DNA from: Macrostomum lignano
Taxonomy: Eukaryota
DNA: 64,000 nucleotides
Assembly (NCBI GenBank): GCA_002269645.1
Contig: NIVC01001048.1
Location: 1 to 64,000, forward strand
Direction of reading: 5' to 3'
Within the stretch, counting starts at the first letter, position 1. Each line of letters starts with the position of its first letter. The position numbers and the translations under genes are program-made. Positions 37,930-51,029 of this stretch are shown piece after piece. The notes below the pieces were generated by a model that saw nothing but the letters and a program-made list of their open reading frames with translations, was not told the DNA's origin and searched no databases.

Positions 37930-38830
37930 TCAAATTTGATTTGTAAAAACTGCTTCGAGTATAACTGATCCCATCAATGGGTATTGTCTAGCTCCATAAA
38001 AGTACGAAATTACTAAACTGCAGGCAATGCTGCTAAATTGCTTAAAGGTATTGCTAAATGCAGAGCTATTCGAGACTGCCGATATGTATCGAAAATTGAT
38101 TAGTGAGCCGTACAATTCTGAGCAAATTGCAGTTTTCTGAGGGGACTGAGGTGCCGGCCAGAGAAGAACTGCAGACTGTGAATTAGTTCTTCCAGACTTA
38201 AATCTAATTTATAGATTTCACTTAACTGCGCATTGGCTCTGCCCGCATACAACCCGTGCACTAAGCAGCCTATCACTGCTGTGTATTTGACTGCAGTGCC
38301 AAAGCATATATGGCTGATTTTGTCGCCCTCCGATCAATAGGCGGAGTAGCCGCACTGTAGGCACTAGGACCAGGTTTAGGATAGGCGTAAGGTCCCAGGT
38401 TCGAGTCTGCCTCGCAGCGGACAATTGAAATTGAACTAATTTTTTCATTTTAGCTTGTGCTTCGACTAATTGAAACTTTTGTGCTTAATTAACAACGCAT
38501 ACTTAATGAGCTACATGTATCTTTGCTATTTGGCACAAGTCGCTAAGCAAATTTGATTTGTAAAAACTGCTTGGAGTACATGTATTACGAGCGTACTGAT
38601 ACCATCAATGGGCCGGTATATGGCATAGTTCCATTAAAGTATGAAATTGCTAAACTGCAGACGATTCTGAAAAAAAAACTGCTGAAGGTATTGCTAAATG
38701 CTGAGTTTTGCTAGACAGCCGATATGTATCGAAAATTTATTAGTGAGCCATAAAATGCTGAGCAAATTGCAGTTTGCAGAGGAGACTGAGGAGCCGGCCG
38801 AGAGGAGAACTGCAGACTGCTGAGAGGATG
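37930..38830. repeat. Diverged direct duplication (~270 bp; 37930-38200 and 38548-38830)
   Basis: Both begin caaatttgatttgtaaaaactgctt and share gccgatatgtatcgaaaatt..ttagtgagcc..gagcaaattgcagttt. Confidence 0.8.
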
Positions 38831-39603
38831 AATGAAAATTGTTAATGGAACAGTTGTAGACTGCAAATGGAATTACAGCAGACTTTTGAGGGGAACTGCA
38901 GATTGTCGAAAGGATCATTGCAGATTGCAGATGGGAAAAACTGCAAACTGCTGAGGTAGTTCCTCCAGACTTATGAGCGTATAGCTGCAAACTGCTGAGA
39001 GGGAAACTGCCGACTAATTGGGGGATAATGGCAGACTTCTGAGGGTAACAAAAAACTATTGAGTTTTGAGTGAATATTAACTATGGAAGATAAAGTACAA
39101 GTTGTTGAGGGGATTACCGCGGGCTGCTAAGTGGAATAACTTTGCTAAGAGGACAATTATATGCCGCTGAGGGTATACATGCTTAATTTTAATAAAAGTT
39201 GTACGAGCTAGAATGCAAAGTGGATGATAAATGCCGGCTGCTAAGAAATAACTGCAGTCTTTTTTGCGGGATTAGATGCAGGGATAATTTCTGGTTGTTG
39301 TGGGGATAAATGCCGATTTCTGGGGGTTAGGTTCAAACTGCTGAAGTTACTAAATTGGATTATTTCGACCACCTGTCAATCGGCACAATAGCCGCAGTAG
39401 GCAGTCAGTATCAGGCAGAAGCTAAGCAGAATGTCAGCAGTTCGAGTTTACATTGAAGCAAAGAATTTATCTTTGTGACCTGTGACAATAATGATTGTAT
39501 CGTATGCAGATTCATGAAGATTCCGGGCAAAGTGGCTCGCTTAATAAAGATAAGATAAATAAAAGTAAGAATCAACATAAATTGTATTTATTTAGTTTTA
39601 TTG

Positions 39604-39645
39604 CCGATGCATTTCGTCCATTTGCATTAGGACATCGTCAGGGTC
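39604..39645 (-). ncRNA. Minimal hammerhead ribozyme motif
   Basis: Minus strand: gacc-CUGACGA-U-GUCC(uaaugcaaau)GGAC-GAAA-UGCAUC-GG-caAUAAA; palindromic AUGCAU stem III. Confidence 0.65.
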
Positions 39646-39807
39646 TTTTTATTTAAGAAACAATTTGAACGAATATTCAGTATATATAGATAGTTGAGAG
39701 TACCAAGAGTAGTTGAATTGGGTTTTTAGCTCGTAATTGATGGTTTAAAACTTGTACATAGTAATCAATTTACTGACGATGTCCTTTATCGTCGTATCAT
39801 ATCATAA

Positions 39808-39993
39808 GCATTGCTAAACTGCTGGTGAACCATTGCTAAACTGCTGGTGAACCATTGCTAAACTTCTGGTAAAGCATTGCTTAACTGCTGGTGAAGCATT
39901 GCTAAACTGCTGGTGAACCATTGCTAAACTTCTGGGGAAGCATAGCTAAACTGCTGGTAAACCATTGCTAAACTGCTGGTGAACCATTGCTAA
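39808..39993. repeat. 22-bp tandem repeat, ~8 copies
   Basis: cattgctaaactgctggtgaac repeated. Confidence 0.9.
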
Positions 39994-40169
39994 AGTGATG
40001 ATGAGCCAAATTAATTTTTTTAATAAATGCTACTTTAAACAGAAGAAAAAGTCAACGAAAAAAAGCGAAAAAAGAATCACCTTATTAACCATAAAAGAAG
40101 CGGTCTGTCGAGCATAAAAGACTCAATAGGAAATGCTAAGATGTATGGGCTGGTATGGGCTGGTATAAG

Positions 40170-41455
40170 GGCTGGGATGGGAAATTGCTTTGATGTTAAG
40201 ACTCATGGGAGAATTTCTACGATCTCAAGGCTTAGGGGGGAATTGCTATAATGATGTGATTCTGGGGAGAATTGCTTTGATTCCAAGTTTCATTTGTGAA
40301 ATTGCTGAGTTATAAAGGCTCATTGGAAAATTGCTTTACTGTCAAAGCCCATGGGGATAATTACTGGAATGCTGTGACTTGGCAGGGTTAGGGTTCAATC
40401 ATAAGACATCATAAGTGTCCAAGTGCCAAGACAACATAATGTTAGTCGCTAAATTTTCAGGCTCATGGGGAAATTGCTAAGCTTTCAAAAGCTCATTGGG
40501 GAATTGCTGAAATTCTTGGGCTGAGAGGGAGTTGCTGCAATGCTGTGACTCGGCTGCAGGTTAGGGTTACGGTTAGGGTTAGGGTTCAATTATAGAGCGA
40601 TCGTCGTGTCAATCATTAATGATTCATTGGGGAATTGCTAAGATTAAAGGCTCTTGGGGCGAATTTCTTAAATGCTTTGGCTCTTCGGGAATTGCTGACA
40701 GGTCAAGGCTTTCGGTGAAATTTAGATTTCAAAGCTTATGAGGAAGTTAATTTAATGCTGAGGCTCAAGGCTCATGGGAGGAATTGCTAACATTCCAAGA
40801 CTCACTTATGGGTTAGGGTTAGGGGCTTAGGGTCAGTCTGCGTTCAATCATAGAGTAACCGCTCTGTCAACCATTAATTAAAGACTTGCTAAGTTGGGAA
40901 TTGCTAAGATATCAAGGCTCATGGGGGGGGAACCGCTGAGTTGACAAGGCTCATGAAGAAATTGCTTAGATATCAAGGCTCATAAGGGGATTACTGAATT
41001 CTTGGGGGAGGGGAGTTGGGTTGTTGAGTTCTCAAGGCTTACTGGGCTGGGAGAATTGCGTAGATGTCAAGGCTCGAGTTTAATTGCTGTGATGTCGATG
41101 CTTACTGGGGGAATTATTGAGATTTCAAGGCTTACTGGGGGATTGCTAAGATGTCAAGGCTTACTGGGGGATTGCTAAGATGTCAAGGCTTACTGGGGGA
41201 TTGCTAAGATGTCAAGGCTTACTGGGGGATTGCTAAGATGTCAAGGCTTACTGGGGGATTGCTAAGATGTCAAGGCTTACTGAGCTGGGCAAATTGCGTA
41301 GATGTCAAGGCTCGAGTTTAATTGATGCGATGTCGATGTTTAATGAGGAAATTCCTCAGATATCAAGGCCTACTGGGGGAATTGCTGAGATATCAAGGTT
41401 CATAGGAGATGGCTGAATTGTTGGGGGCGGGGGGTTAGGTTGCTGAGCGATTTTC
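40170..41455. repeat. Degenerate ~29-bp satellite with embedded TTAGGG runs
   Basis: ggggattgctaagatgtcaaggcttactg units (near-perfect at 41131-41280); ggttagggtt runs near 40385-40397, 40557-40586 and 40810-40833. Confidence 0.8.
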
Positions 41456-41584
41456 AGCTCGTCAAATAGTACGGCTCAAGTAGCTCATTTATTTCAGATA
41501 ATGAAATAGTACACACAAGTGATGCTGATTTCTGCTAATAGGAAATACCAGTGTATTTATTCGAATATTAAAGCTTTGGTTCAG

Positions 41585-41949
41585 GGGGGCCGTAGCCCAG
41601 CGGTAGCGCAGCTGCTCTGGTGTGCCAGCGACCCAGGCTCGATTCCAAGTGCAGTCACATTAATTTGTGGCTGAATTGGAATCTCGGCTTGGCTCTGCTC
41701 GTGTAATTAACGGCCTTGAGAGCCAACCCCCCCCCCCAAGGCGCAGTGAAGTGTACATGCCTAACGATAATAAAAAGTTAGGGCCGCTGTACACTCCTGT
41801 GTGAGTGTGTGCCTGCGTACGTATCCGCGCGCTTGTATGCCTGCTCAGGGGAGTCGGCGGAATGGGCAGTAATGCCTCTCGCCGGTTGTTCCTATGTCGC
41901 TTAAAGTGCGCCAGGGTGCACACAACTCCCCTGCCTCTAATAAAAAAAA
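41585..41949 (+). mobile_element. Full-length tRNA-SINE family A, CpG-intact copy
   Basis: A box tagcccagcgg, B box ggctcgattcc, ~290-bp body, aataaaaaaaa tail; further copies at 21411, 30318 and 53957. Confidence 0.9.
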
Positions 41950-42163
41950 GGTTTGGTTCTCTGAGTTAGGCTAATAAAGAGGGGTCTAAGACCGTCAGAG
42001 ATGGGCATATTGAGCTCCTGCTGCGGACCAGAATATGCCCCGGCCAGTGACGATATGCACTAAGCTAAGAGTTTGTGCTTGAAAGGATAAGCACTATTTG
42101 CTGATTGAGAAAGGGTTTTGGGCTGATTAAGGAAACTTTTTTGACTGATGAAATTTTTGATTC

Positions 42164-42348
42164 TGTCATGACTTATGGGGTGGGGCCGCGTGGTAGGGGT
42201 GGAGCTTGTTTAGTAAGCCTAGTTAGCAGTACGTACGGTAATGTACATGCGCGGGCCACCGTGCCCCTTGGCCTATAAAATATACAGAGCGTGGAGGGTT
42301 TTGCCTCAACTGAGTTAACTCCAGAATAAGCAACTTGACTTCATTACA
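42164..42348 (+). repeat. 5' LTR
   Basis: TGTCATG...TTACA; 6 differences from the 3' LTR by eye. Confidence 0.92.
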
Positions 42349-45300
42349 ATTTCCGACGACAATGGCTTCAGTTGAACAACTAGAGCCTTACGAAGAAGGC
42401 GAAGAAGGCAAAAATTGGGACGCCTATCAAAATCGAATGGACTCTTACATGCTTGCAAACGGCATAGAAGGCGACGACAAGAAGGCAGTGTTTCTGAAAT
42501 TGATTGGCGAACGATGCTACGCAGTCCTGCGGGATCTCTGCAGTCCGACCAAGCCAACAGATCTGCAATACAGCGCCCTCATCGAGCACCTTCAAAAGTA
42601 CTTCAAACCGAAGAAGCCAGTAATCGCTTAACGGTTCAAGTTCTACAAGCGAGCACAAAAGGACGGAGAGACGGCTGCTCAATTTCTGACTGTGCTGCGG
42701 AATCTGGCCGATTCGTGCGAGTTCGGGGGGTTTCGAGAAGAAGCTCTCCGAGACTGTTTCGTCTGCGGTCTTCGGGACCAGCGGACCCAGCAGCGACTCC
42801 TGATGGAGGAGAAGCTCACGCTGGATGCGGCCAAGAAAATTGCCCTCGCGGCGGAGATTGCAAAGTCGGAAACTGAGCAGTGGAAATCGAGCTCAGAGGT
42901 CAGCTCAGTCCAGCAGGTAGCGCCAGACTCGAAGGCGTGCTACAGGTGCGGATTCAAAGGCCACCTGTCGGCAGCCTGCCACTTCAGGACCGCAAAGTGC
43001 CACAACTGCGGGAAAGTTGGACACCTGCAGAAAGTTTGCCGCTCAGCCAAGAAAGCCTCCAGTACAACGAAAGCCAGAGAACGGACCAGCGCACGCAATG
43101 CAAACGGAAGAGGAGGAGGAAGCAGCAACTGGCTGGATTTCGCAAGTCACTGCATCGGCCAAGAAGATCAGCGTAAGCCTGCTGGTGAATGACCAGCCCC
43201 TCATCATGCAGCTGGACACCGGTGCTTGCGTCAGCCTCGTACCGGAGTCGGTGTGGAAGCAGCTCGGCCAACCTCCGCTGACACCAACACGCCTGCGACT
43301 CCGGACCTGGACGGGCGAGCCAATACAAGTCAAAGGAACAGCCGAGGTCAGGGTCAACTACGACGGAAGACAGCATGATAAGCTGCCGCTGGTGGTCACC
43401 AGTCAGACCGGAGCCTGCCCATTGCTAGGAAGCAATTTACTGGAAAAAGTGCGACTCAACTGGACTCAGTTGTTTGCCAACCAGATCAGCCAGGCGCCGG
43501 CTCAGAACAGCGGGCCTCTCGACCAGATGCTGGAGGAGTTCGCTGATGTTTTCGACGAGAGCCTGGGGCAGTTGAAGGATCAGACAGTCGCACTGAGACT
43601 TAAAAGTGACGCACAGCCTCGATTCTGCAAGGCCAGACCCGCGCCATTCGCAGTGCGGGACAAGCTGGAGCTCGAGCTCCAGGACATGCTCAACAAAGGC
43701 ATCATCCGCCCGGTGACCTACAGCGAGTGGGCTACGCCAGTGGTTCCGGTACTCAAGGCGGACGGCTCAGTCCGACTGTGCGGCGACTATAAACTAGCGT
43801 TGAACCCTCAGCTCCACATCGACCAGTACCCGCTGCCTACGCCTGAAGAGCTTTACGAGCAGGTGGGACAGGGTCAGCTGTTTTCAAAACTCGATCTGTC
43901 ACAATGTTATCTTCAGTTTCCACTCGATGAAGAGAGCTGCAAGCTGACGACCATCAACACGCATAAAGGGCTTTTCGAGTACCTCCGGTTGCCATTTGGC
44001 GTCAGTTCGGCTCCTATTTGGCTCGGCTCCGATTTGCCAGAGGCTGATGGAAACACTTTTGAAGGGCGTTCCGGGAGTCTGTTGCCGCATTGCTGACATC
44101 CTGGTCTCCGGTCCGTCAGTGAGTGAGCACCTAGCAGCGCTTCGCGAGGTACTGACCGGGCTGAGAGCGACGGGCTTGCGGCTGAAGCGAATCAAGTGCA
44201 GATTTCTGCAATAATAAGTCGAATACCTGGGCTCGTTGCTGAGCAAGGACGGAGTCAAGAAGCTGCCTCAGAAGGTGGAAGCAATAGTCAACAGCCCGAA
44301 GCCAGCGACAGTATCAGAGCTGCGATCATTTTTGGGCCTCGCAAACTACTATGCTCGACATATCAAGGACTTCCCTTCACAATCGCTGCTCCTCTGTATC
44401 AACTGTTGAGGAAGGAGACGGACTGGTGGTGGGCTGAGACGGAGGACCGAGTCTGGGACCATCTTAAGCAAGAACTGATTTTGGACAGCGTGCTGAAGCA
44501 TTTCACCGAGCAGCTTCCAGTGGTGGTGGCCGCGGATACTTCATCGGTCGGCATCCGCGCGGTGCTGTCCCACACGATGGAGGACGGCTCGGAACGGCCG
44601 GTGACTTTTGCCTTAAGGTCGCTGTCAGCAGCGGAGCGAAATTACTCTCAAATTGAGAAAGAAGCCCTCGCCATCGTGTTCGCCATCAAGCGGTTTCACC
44701 AGTACCTGTTCGGCCGGAGCTTCACGATAATTACGGATCATCAGCCGTTGACGACGATTTTCGGACCGAAGGTTGGCATCTCCCCGACTGCAGCAGGGCG
44801 ACTTCAGAGATGGGCACTGCTGCTGTCAGGGTACAGCTACAGCATCCGGTTCCGCAAGACTGCTCAGCACAGCAACGCAGACGGCCTGTCTCGCTTGCCC
44901 CTGCAGATGAAGGACGACAGCTCAGACGACGACAATCGGATCTGTCAGCTCACGGGCGAGTTCCAATTGACGGCGGTGGATGTAGCGGCAGCAACGAAGC
45001 GAGATGACGAGCTCCGAGATGTTCTCCGGATAATAATGACTGGCTGGCCAGAGTCGGTTCCGCCGCGGCTCGAGCCCTACTTTCGTCGTCGACTAGAACT
45101 AAGCGTGGAAGACGGCTGCGTGATCTGGGGAACTCGCGTACTGGTTCCGGAAGCGTTGCGACCTGGAGTTCTGCGCGAGTTACACGTGGAACATTTCGGC
45201 ATGGCCCGGATGAAAAGTGTCGCCAGAACCTTCGTCTGGTGGCCAGGAATGGATGCTGACATCGAGTCGGTTGCCAGCAGCTGCCAAGCCTGCCAATCCG

Positions 45301-46285
45301 TTAAGCTGCATCCGGTGCTGGCTCCACTGCACTCCTGGGTGTGGCCAGACCAGCCCTGGGACCGCATCCACGTTGACTTTGCCGGACCGGTCCGAGGCCG
45401 CCAGTTTCTCCTCGTAGTCGACGCGTACTCAAAGTGGCCGCATTTGGAGGCCGTGTCAACACTCGAATCGGCCGAGCTGGTTCGCAAGCTGCGAGTGTTG
45501 TTTGCACAATGGGGCCTGCCGAGAGAACTGGTATCGGACAACGGTCCAGCATTCATCAGCCAATGATTTAGCGATTTCTGCAAAGCAAATGGAATTCGCC
45601 ACACAAGAAGCAGTCCATATCACGCCAAGACCAATGGACTGGTGGAACGGCTGGTGAAGTCGTTCAAGATGGCCATGGAGGCGTCACGGAGCAGTCAGCC
45701 GGACCTCGACATCCGCCTGTGCAACTGGCTGCTGGGCTACCGAGCTAGCCCGCACCCAACGACCGGTCGGACACCAGCAGAGCTCTTCCTGAAGCGGCAG
45801 CTTCGGATTCGAATGGACCTGCTGCGGCCGTCAGCCCGGGATCGAGTACTGCGGGAGCAATCTGCCCGGAAACGACAGCACGACCGGCGTTCGCGGGAGC
45901 TGCCGGAGGAGCCGTGATCGGAGGCCTGGGCCAGGGACTACCGGCCTAATGCGGCGGCCTGGCAACCAGCAAAAGTTCTCGAGCAGACTGGGCCGCTGAG
46001 CTTCCGAGTTGAAACGAGCGACGGCCTGACCTGGCGCCGTCATGCCGACCAACTGCGGGGCCGGCGAGTCGAGAGCGACGAACCTGACGGTCCGGCAGCC
46101 GGGATCGAGCCAGCTGAAGCTGCGGACTCGACCGGGACCGGCGCGGAGCACCCGGAGCCGGAGCCGCCAGACGCGCCCTGCGGACTGCAGCCTGCACGCC
46201 GGCGACGGCCACCTGAGAAGCTGACCTACCCGAAACTCGGAAGCTGTGATTGATAGGGAGCGGACTTCTTCTGAGAGGGGAAAAG

Positions 46286-46470
46286 TATCATGACTTATGG
46301 GGTGGGGCCGCGTGGTAGGGGTGGAGCTTGTTTAGTAAGCCTAGTTAGCAGTACGTACGGTAATGTACACGCGCGGGCCACCGTGCCCCTTGGCCTATAA
46401 AATATACAGATCGTGAAGGGTTTTGCCTCAACTGAGTTTACTCCAGAATAAGCGACTTGACTTCATTACA
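46286..46470 (+). repeat. 3' LTR
   Basis: TATCATG...TTACA, directly after the PPT. Confidence 0.92.
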
Positions 46471-47050
46471 ATGGCAATTTGGTGTCATTTTTATCGCCCC
46501 TCAGCGGGGGGCTAAATGGCAGTCCAATATACAAAAAATAGTTTTTCGGTAGGTATCTATCTATGTGATCAATTAGAGAAAAAATGGCCCAACCAATTTT
46601 TTTCGAACTTGCACTGTTCGATCAGAAATTTTTCCGTGACGGTACATGCATCGTGGCTAAGAAATTGCTCGATGCTAAAGGGATTAAATATTCGAAAAAC
46701 ATGATTTTTTGCAAAGGTCAAGCAGCTCTTTCGACTTGAAATGCATTGTAAGAATGCTAGAGAAAAAACTGACTGGTTGAATTTTGATTCTGAAATAGAT
46801 TTCATCACACCAGGCTTTTTATTTATCGTCTGTGTACTGGCTGAATTTTGACACTGAATTGAATTGTATCACAGCGTTGAAAACGCAGTGTGGAAGCATA
46901 CCACAATACCTGATTACCCGGGAAAAAAAAAACATGCTAAACTTTCCAAGTCAACCATGTACTTGGATGACATTGTTGACTTACCAAGTTTGCAAAGTAT
47001 CATTGTCATGTACTTAAAAAGTATGCAATGTTTTTACCCAACTTCAATCG

Positions 47051-47478
47051 ACTTTCCAAGTTTGCAAAGTACACTTCCGATGTCTACATCCAAGTACTTA
47101 GAAAGTATCCAAAGTAGAGCCTACTTGGTTCGAATTTCCAAGTTTGCAAAGTACACTTCCGATGTCTACATCCAAGTACTTAGAAAGTATCCAAAGTAGA
47201 GCCTACTTGGTTCGACTTTCTAAGTTTGCAAAGTACACTTCCGATGTCTACATCCAAGTACTTGGAAAGTATCCAAAGTAGAGCCTACTTGGTTGACTTT
47301 CCAAGTATGCAAAGTACACTTCCAATGTCTACATCCAAGTACTTAGAAAGTATCCAAAGTAGAGCCTACTTGGTTCGACTTTCTAAGTTTGCAAAGTACA
47401 CTTCCGATGTCTACATCCAAGTACTTAGAAAGTATCCAAAGTAGAGCCTACTTGGTTCGAATTTCCAAGTTTGCAAAA
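47051..47478. repeat. 82-bp tandem repeat, ~5 copies
   Basis: actttccaagtttgcaaagtacacttccgatgtctacatcc...ctacttggttcg repeated. Confidence 0.9.
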
Positions 47479-49721
47479 TCCGTACATACACCTTTTTTAC
47501 CAGCAGGATAACAGCTTTTATTTAGCTGACATTGCTCCCGCTCACAAAAAATGATTATATGGCTATTCCTCAGAATTTTTGGATTCCTGAATACAGCTGA
47601 ATACAGCTACAGCAATACATCCCGAAGGTGTCTGTATTTTTCTTTGGGAAGATTTATGAGCTTGGCTAGCTGCATCATCAAAGCTAGTTTTCCGTAAAAG
47701 GCAAACATTCTTTTGGATTGCATAATTTACATGAAAAGACTCTATAAATACATTTACACAATTGCACATTGCAAGACTTTAACTCTTTTACTAATCTATT
47801 ATGATAAAAATTTTAGGAAGTTTTGCTAAAATATCAGTATTTACTAATTCTTGAGTGTTTGTTTCATTAATAAATGAAAAGAATATTACATCTTATATTG
47901 TTTGGGCAAATGATTATTATCTAATTTGTTTAAACTGTCAAAATTCGAAATAAGAATTCTAATTTTCGCTTTCACATCAGGTTTGTGTAAAATTGTCCTT
48001 TTATCTTTCTTTTCAAAGTTAGGCTTTAGTTAGATAGGCCCTAGGCCTTTTAGCAATTATTTGTTGCCGATTTTATTTCATATAATAGTTGATATACCTT
48101 GTCGCTCAACAATTGGCTGACTATAGTTATTGTAATTGACATTTTATATGGCCCAGTAGGCCAGCCTACCCACTATGCCCTATATTGGCTATAGGCATAG
48201 GCCTGCCTTCTTGGCTTTAACTAGATCTAGAAGTTTTTTAGGGGGCTAATATTATAGTCATATGGGCTTAGTATAATACTGATACTGACTCAGAATATAA
48301 ATATAGATAAAATTTTAAAACTGACTTTTGTGAGTTGTGACTTAAGAATTATTGTCTTGATCTGCATAATGGTTAGTTAGTAGGCCTATATTTATAGGAA
48401 AAATCATCTGGCCTCCCTTATCTAACCTTGACCTTGTTTACAGTTTTGCCTTTTAGCTTCTGTTTTTAATCTTCAGTTTCAGATTTAATGTCATTGTAAA
48501 AAGTGCAAGAAATGCTTCAGAGTAAAAATACTTTGTTTTTTTTACTTTTAGTTTTAGACAGCTAGACTAGAATTATCTAGGCTATGTTATTAATTTTGAT
48601 TGCACATTTTGACTTTTATTATTGATAATAGATTAGTAATAATAATATTGTTTTATTAAGTCTTAGGATATATGTTGATTAGGCCCTATTGTAATTATAA
48701 TCATTCTAATAAATTGTCTTTTGCTTATTAGAAATATAATATAAGCCTAGTTAGTTTTTAATTATAAGCCTAGAAGTATTTAGACTTAAAATTTTATTTT
48801 TAGTTTATAGAATATTTTTATTTTTAGTAATTTGATGATTTAGATTTTAAGATCAGAAAATTAAGCAATTTATAATAAAAAAATATTTAAGTATATTTAT
48901 GAACTATGTAATGTTGTAGCCTATTATTGGTCTATTAAGGACAAGGCCTAAATTAAATTTTTATTTAAAAGCAAAGTAATATTTTTGTTTGGAATATATT
49001 TAGATTTCAATACTTTCTACATTTTATAATATATCTATAAAAATATTTTAAAGACTTATTTATTACATTCAAAAAAGATTGCTATTAGTCTCAAAATAGT
49101 AATTATATTATAAAGAGCATTTACATAGCATTTCTTTAGATTAAGAACTATTACCTGGGTAAAACTTACATGGTTTAATTTTTTTGTGAAATATCCAATT
49201 ATTCATATTCACTTAATTTCCATTTCAGCTACCATCTACAAATGTCATCATCTACATTTAAAAAACCTGCTGAAAACAATGAAGATTTGTTAGCTATATA
49301 ATTGTACATTTTTTTCTAATTTTGTTCAAAAAAATTGGCACCTGACTAAGCAATTTATTTTTTATGCTGCTTTTTCTTTGTCTTGCATTTTTCTGCCTGT
49401 GATCATCTGAATAATTTGTTAAGTTGCAACTTTTATGTGCATCAATACTTTGAATACAATATAACAGTACACTTAACAATTATTTTGAAGCTCCTATTGC
49501 TTGTTGAATTTTTTCTTTAACAAGTGAAATTCTGTATGATGGAATTATTTTTTGTTCTTTGTAACTTTTGCAAGTCCATGGTATGAGTTATCAACATTTT
49601 GCCAAGTGCTCTATAGACAAATTAGATATTTAAGTTTATTAGACTTGGAACCATATACTTTCTAGTAAATAAGTCACCTAAATCAATTTGAAATGTGATA
49701 AGTATTTATAGCTCTTGTGAA

Positions 49722-49990
49722 CATTGCATACTTGGAAGGTACTTGAGAAGTGACTTGAGAAAACATTGCATACTTGGAAAGTACTAGAGAAGTGACTGGA
49801 GAAAACATTGCATACTTGGAAAGTACTTGAGAAGTGACTGGAGAAAACATTACATACTTGGAAAGTACTTGAGAAGTGACTGGAGAAAACATTGCATACT
49901 TGGAAAGTACTTGAGAAGTGACTTGAGAAAACATTGCATACTTGGAAAGTACTAGAGAAGTGACTGGAGAAAACATTGCATACTTGGAAA
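49722..49990. repeat. 42-bp tandem repeat, ~6 copies
   Basis: gagaagtgactggagaaaacattgcatacttggaaagtactt repeated. Confidence 0.9.
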
Positions 49991-50257
49991 GTTTATTGAG
50001 TGTACTTGGAAAACTTAGAAAGTACTTAGGCGGTACTTGCCACGAGGTTGCATTGTTGACTTACCAAGTACTTAGCAAGTTTGGTTTGTTTTTTTTTTCT
50101 CGGGTAATATCGAGTAACCATATTGGTAACTTTATTAGAGACGGGTACTGACTTGCCTAAGAAATTGATTATATCATAACTGCTTCGTGTGACTTTTACT
50201 CTAACTGACTTGGTGGGAGTGTTGAATTATAAGTGCTACAAATTCACTTATAACTTC

Positions 50258-50327
50258 GATGAGAGCTAGCCTAGAGGTGAACAGACTGGACTGCTAATGC
50301 AGCGACCGGGGTTCGAATCTTAGTAGT
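50258..50327 (+). pseudogene. tRNA-Ser(GCT)-like pseudogene or SINE head
   Basis: tggactgctaat anticodon arm, ggttcgaatc T-loop, A-box-like tagcctagagg; no long variable arm and no intact acceptor stem. Confidence 0.45.
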
Positions 50328-50392
50328 GTAATAAAAGTAGTGTAATTTTTTTATTGAAAGCTTTTATTAAAAGACTAATTAAAAATACCTGG

Positions 50393-50810
50393 CTTACTGC
50401 ACTTGATAAACCAAGGGTTACTGCACTTGATAAACCAAGGACTACTGCACTTGATAAGCCAATGATTACTGCACTTTATAAACCAAGGATTACTGCACTT
50501 GATAAACCAAGAATTACTGCACTTGATAAAAAAGAATTACTGCGCTTGATAAACCAAGTATTACTGCACTTGATAAACCAAGTATTACTGCACTTGATAA
50601 ACCAAGTATTACTGCACTTGATAAACCAAGTATTACTGCACTTGATAAACCAAGTATTACTGCACTTGATAAACCAAGAATTACTGCACTTGATAAAAAA
50701 AGAATTACTGCGCTTGATAAACCAAGTATTACTGCAGTTGATAAACCAAAGATTATTGCGCTCGATAAACCAATGATTATTGCACTTGCTAAGCCAAGGA
50801 TTATTGCACT
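50393..50810. repeat. 24-bp minisatellite
   Basis: attactgcacttgataaaccaagt repeated, decaying to ~50960. Confidence 0.9.
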
Positions 50811-51029
50811 AGATTAGAAAGGGCTATTGCCCTAACTGAGACAGATTTTTGGACTTGATGAGTAAAAGATGATTGCACTAGATGAGAAAATGATTACTTC
50901 ACTAGCTGAGAAGCTGGTTATTGCGCTGTCTAAAAAAGAGATTATTGCGCCAGCTGAGAAGTGGATTGTTGCACAACCTGAGAAAGCAATTATTGCATTA
51001 GCAGAGCACTAGCTACATGCTGTCTGGTG

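Larger units (their letters stand above)
42164..46470 (+). mobile_element. Ty3/gypsy LTR retrotransposon (K02A2.6/Mag-like), near-complete, disrupted
   Basis: 185-bp LTRs 42164-42348 and 46286-46470. gag from ATG ~42362 with two CCHC knuckles, protease LDTGA, RT (WATPVVPV, LPFGVSSAP), RNase H (ADTS..I.AVL), integrase (HVEH..C..C, DFAGP, SDNGP). PPT gagaggggaaaag 46273-46285. In-frame stops and frameshifts present. Confidence 0.95.
46917..50104. mobile_element. Non-autonomous TIR DNA transposon (CMC/EnSpm-like), ~3.2 kb
   Basis: TIR cccgggaaaaaaaaaac / gtttttttttctcggg; ta flanking duplication; related subterminal tandem arrays (82-bp left, 42-bp right) sharing ccaagta/tacttgg motifs in opposite orientation. 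Confidence 0.65.
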
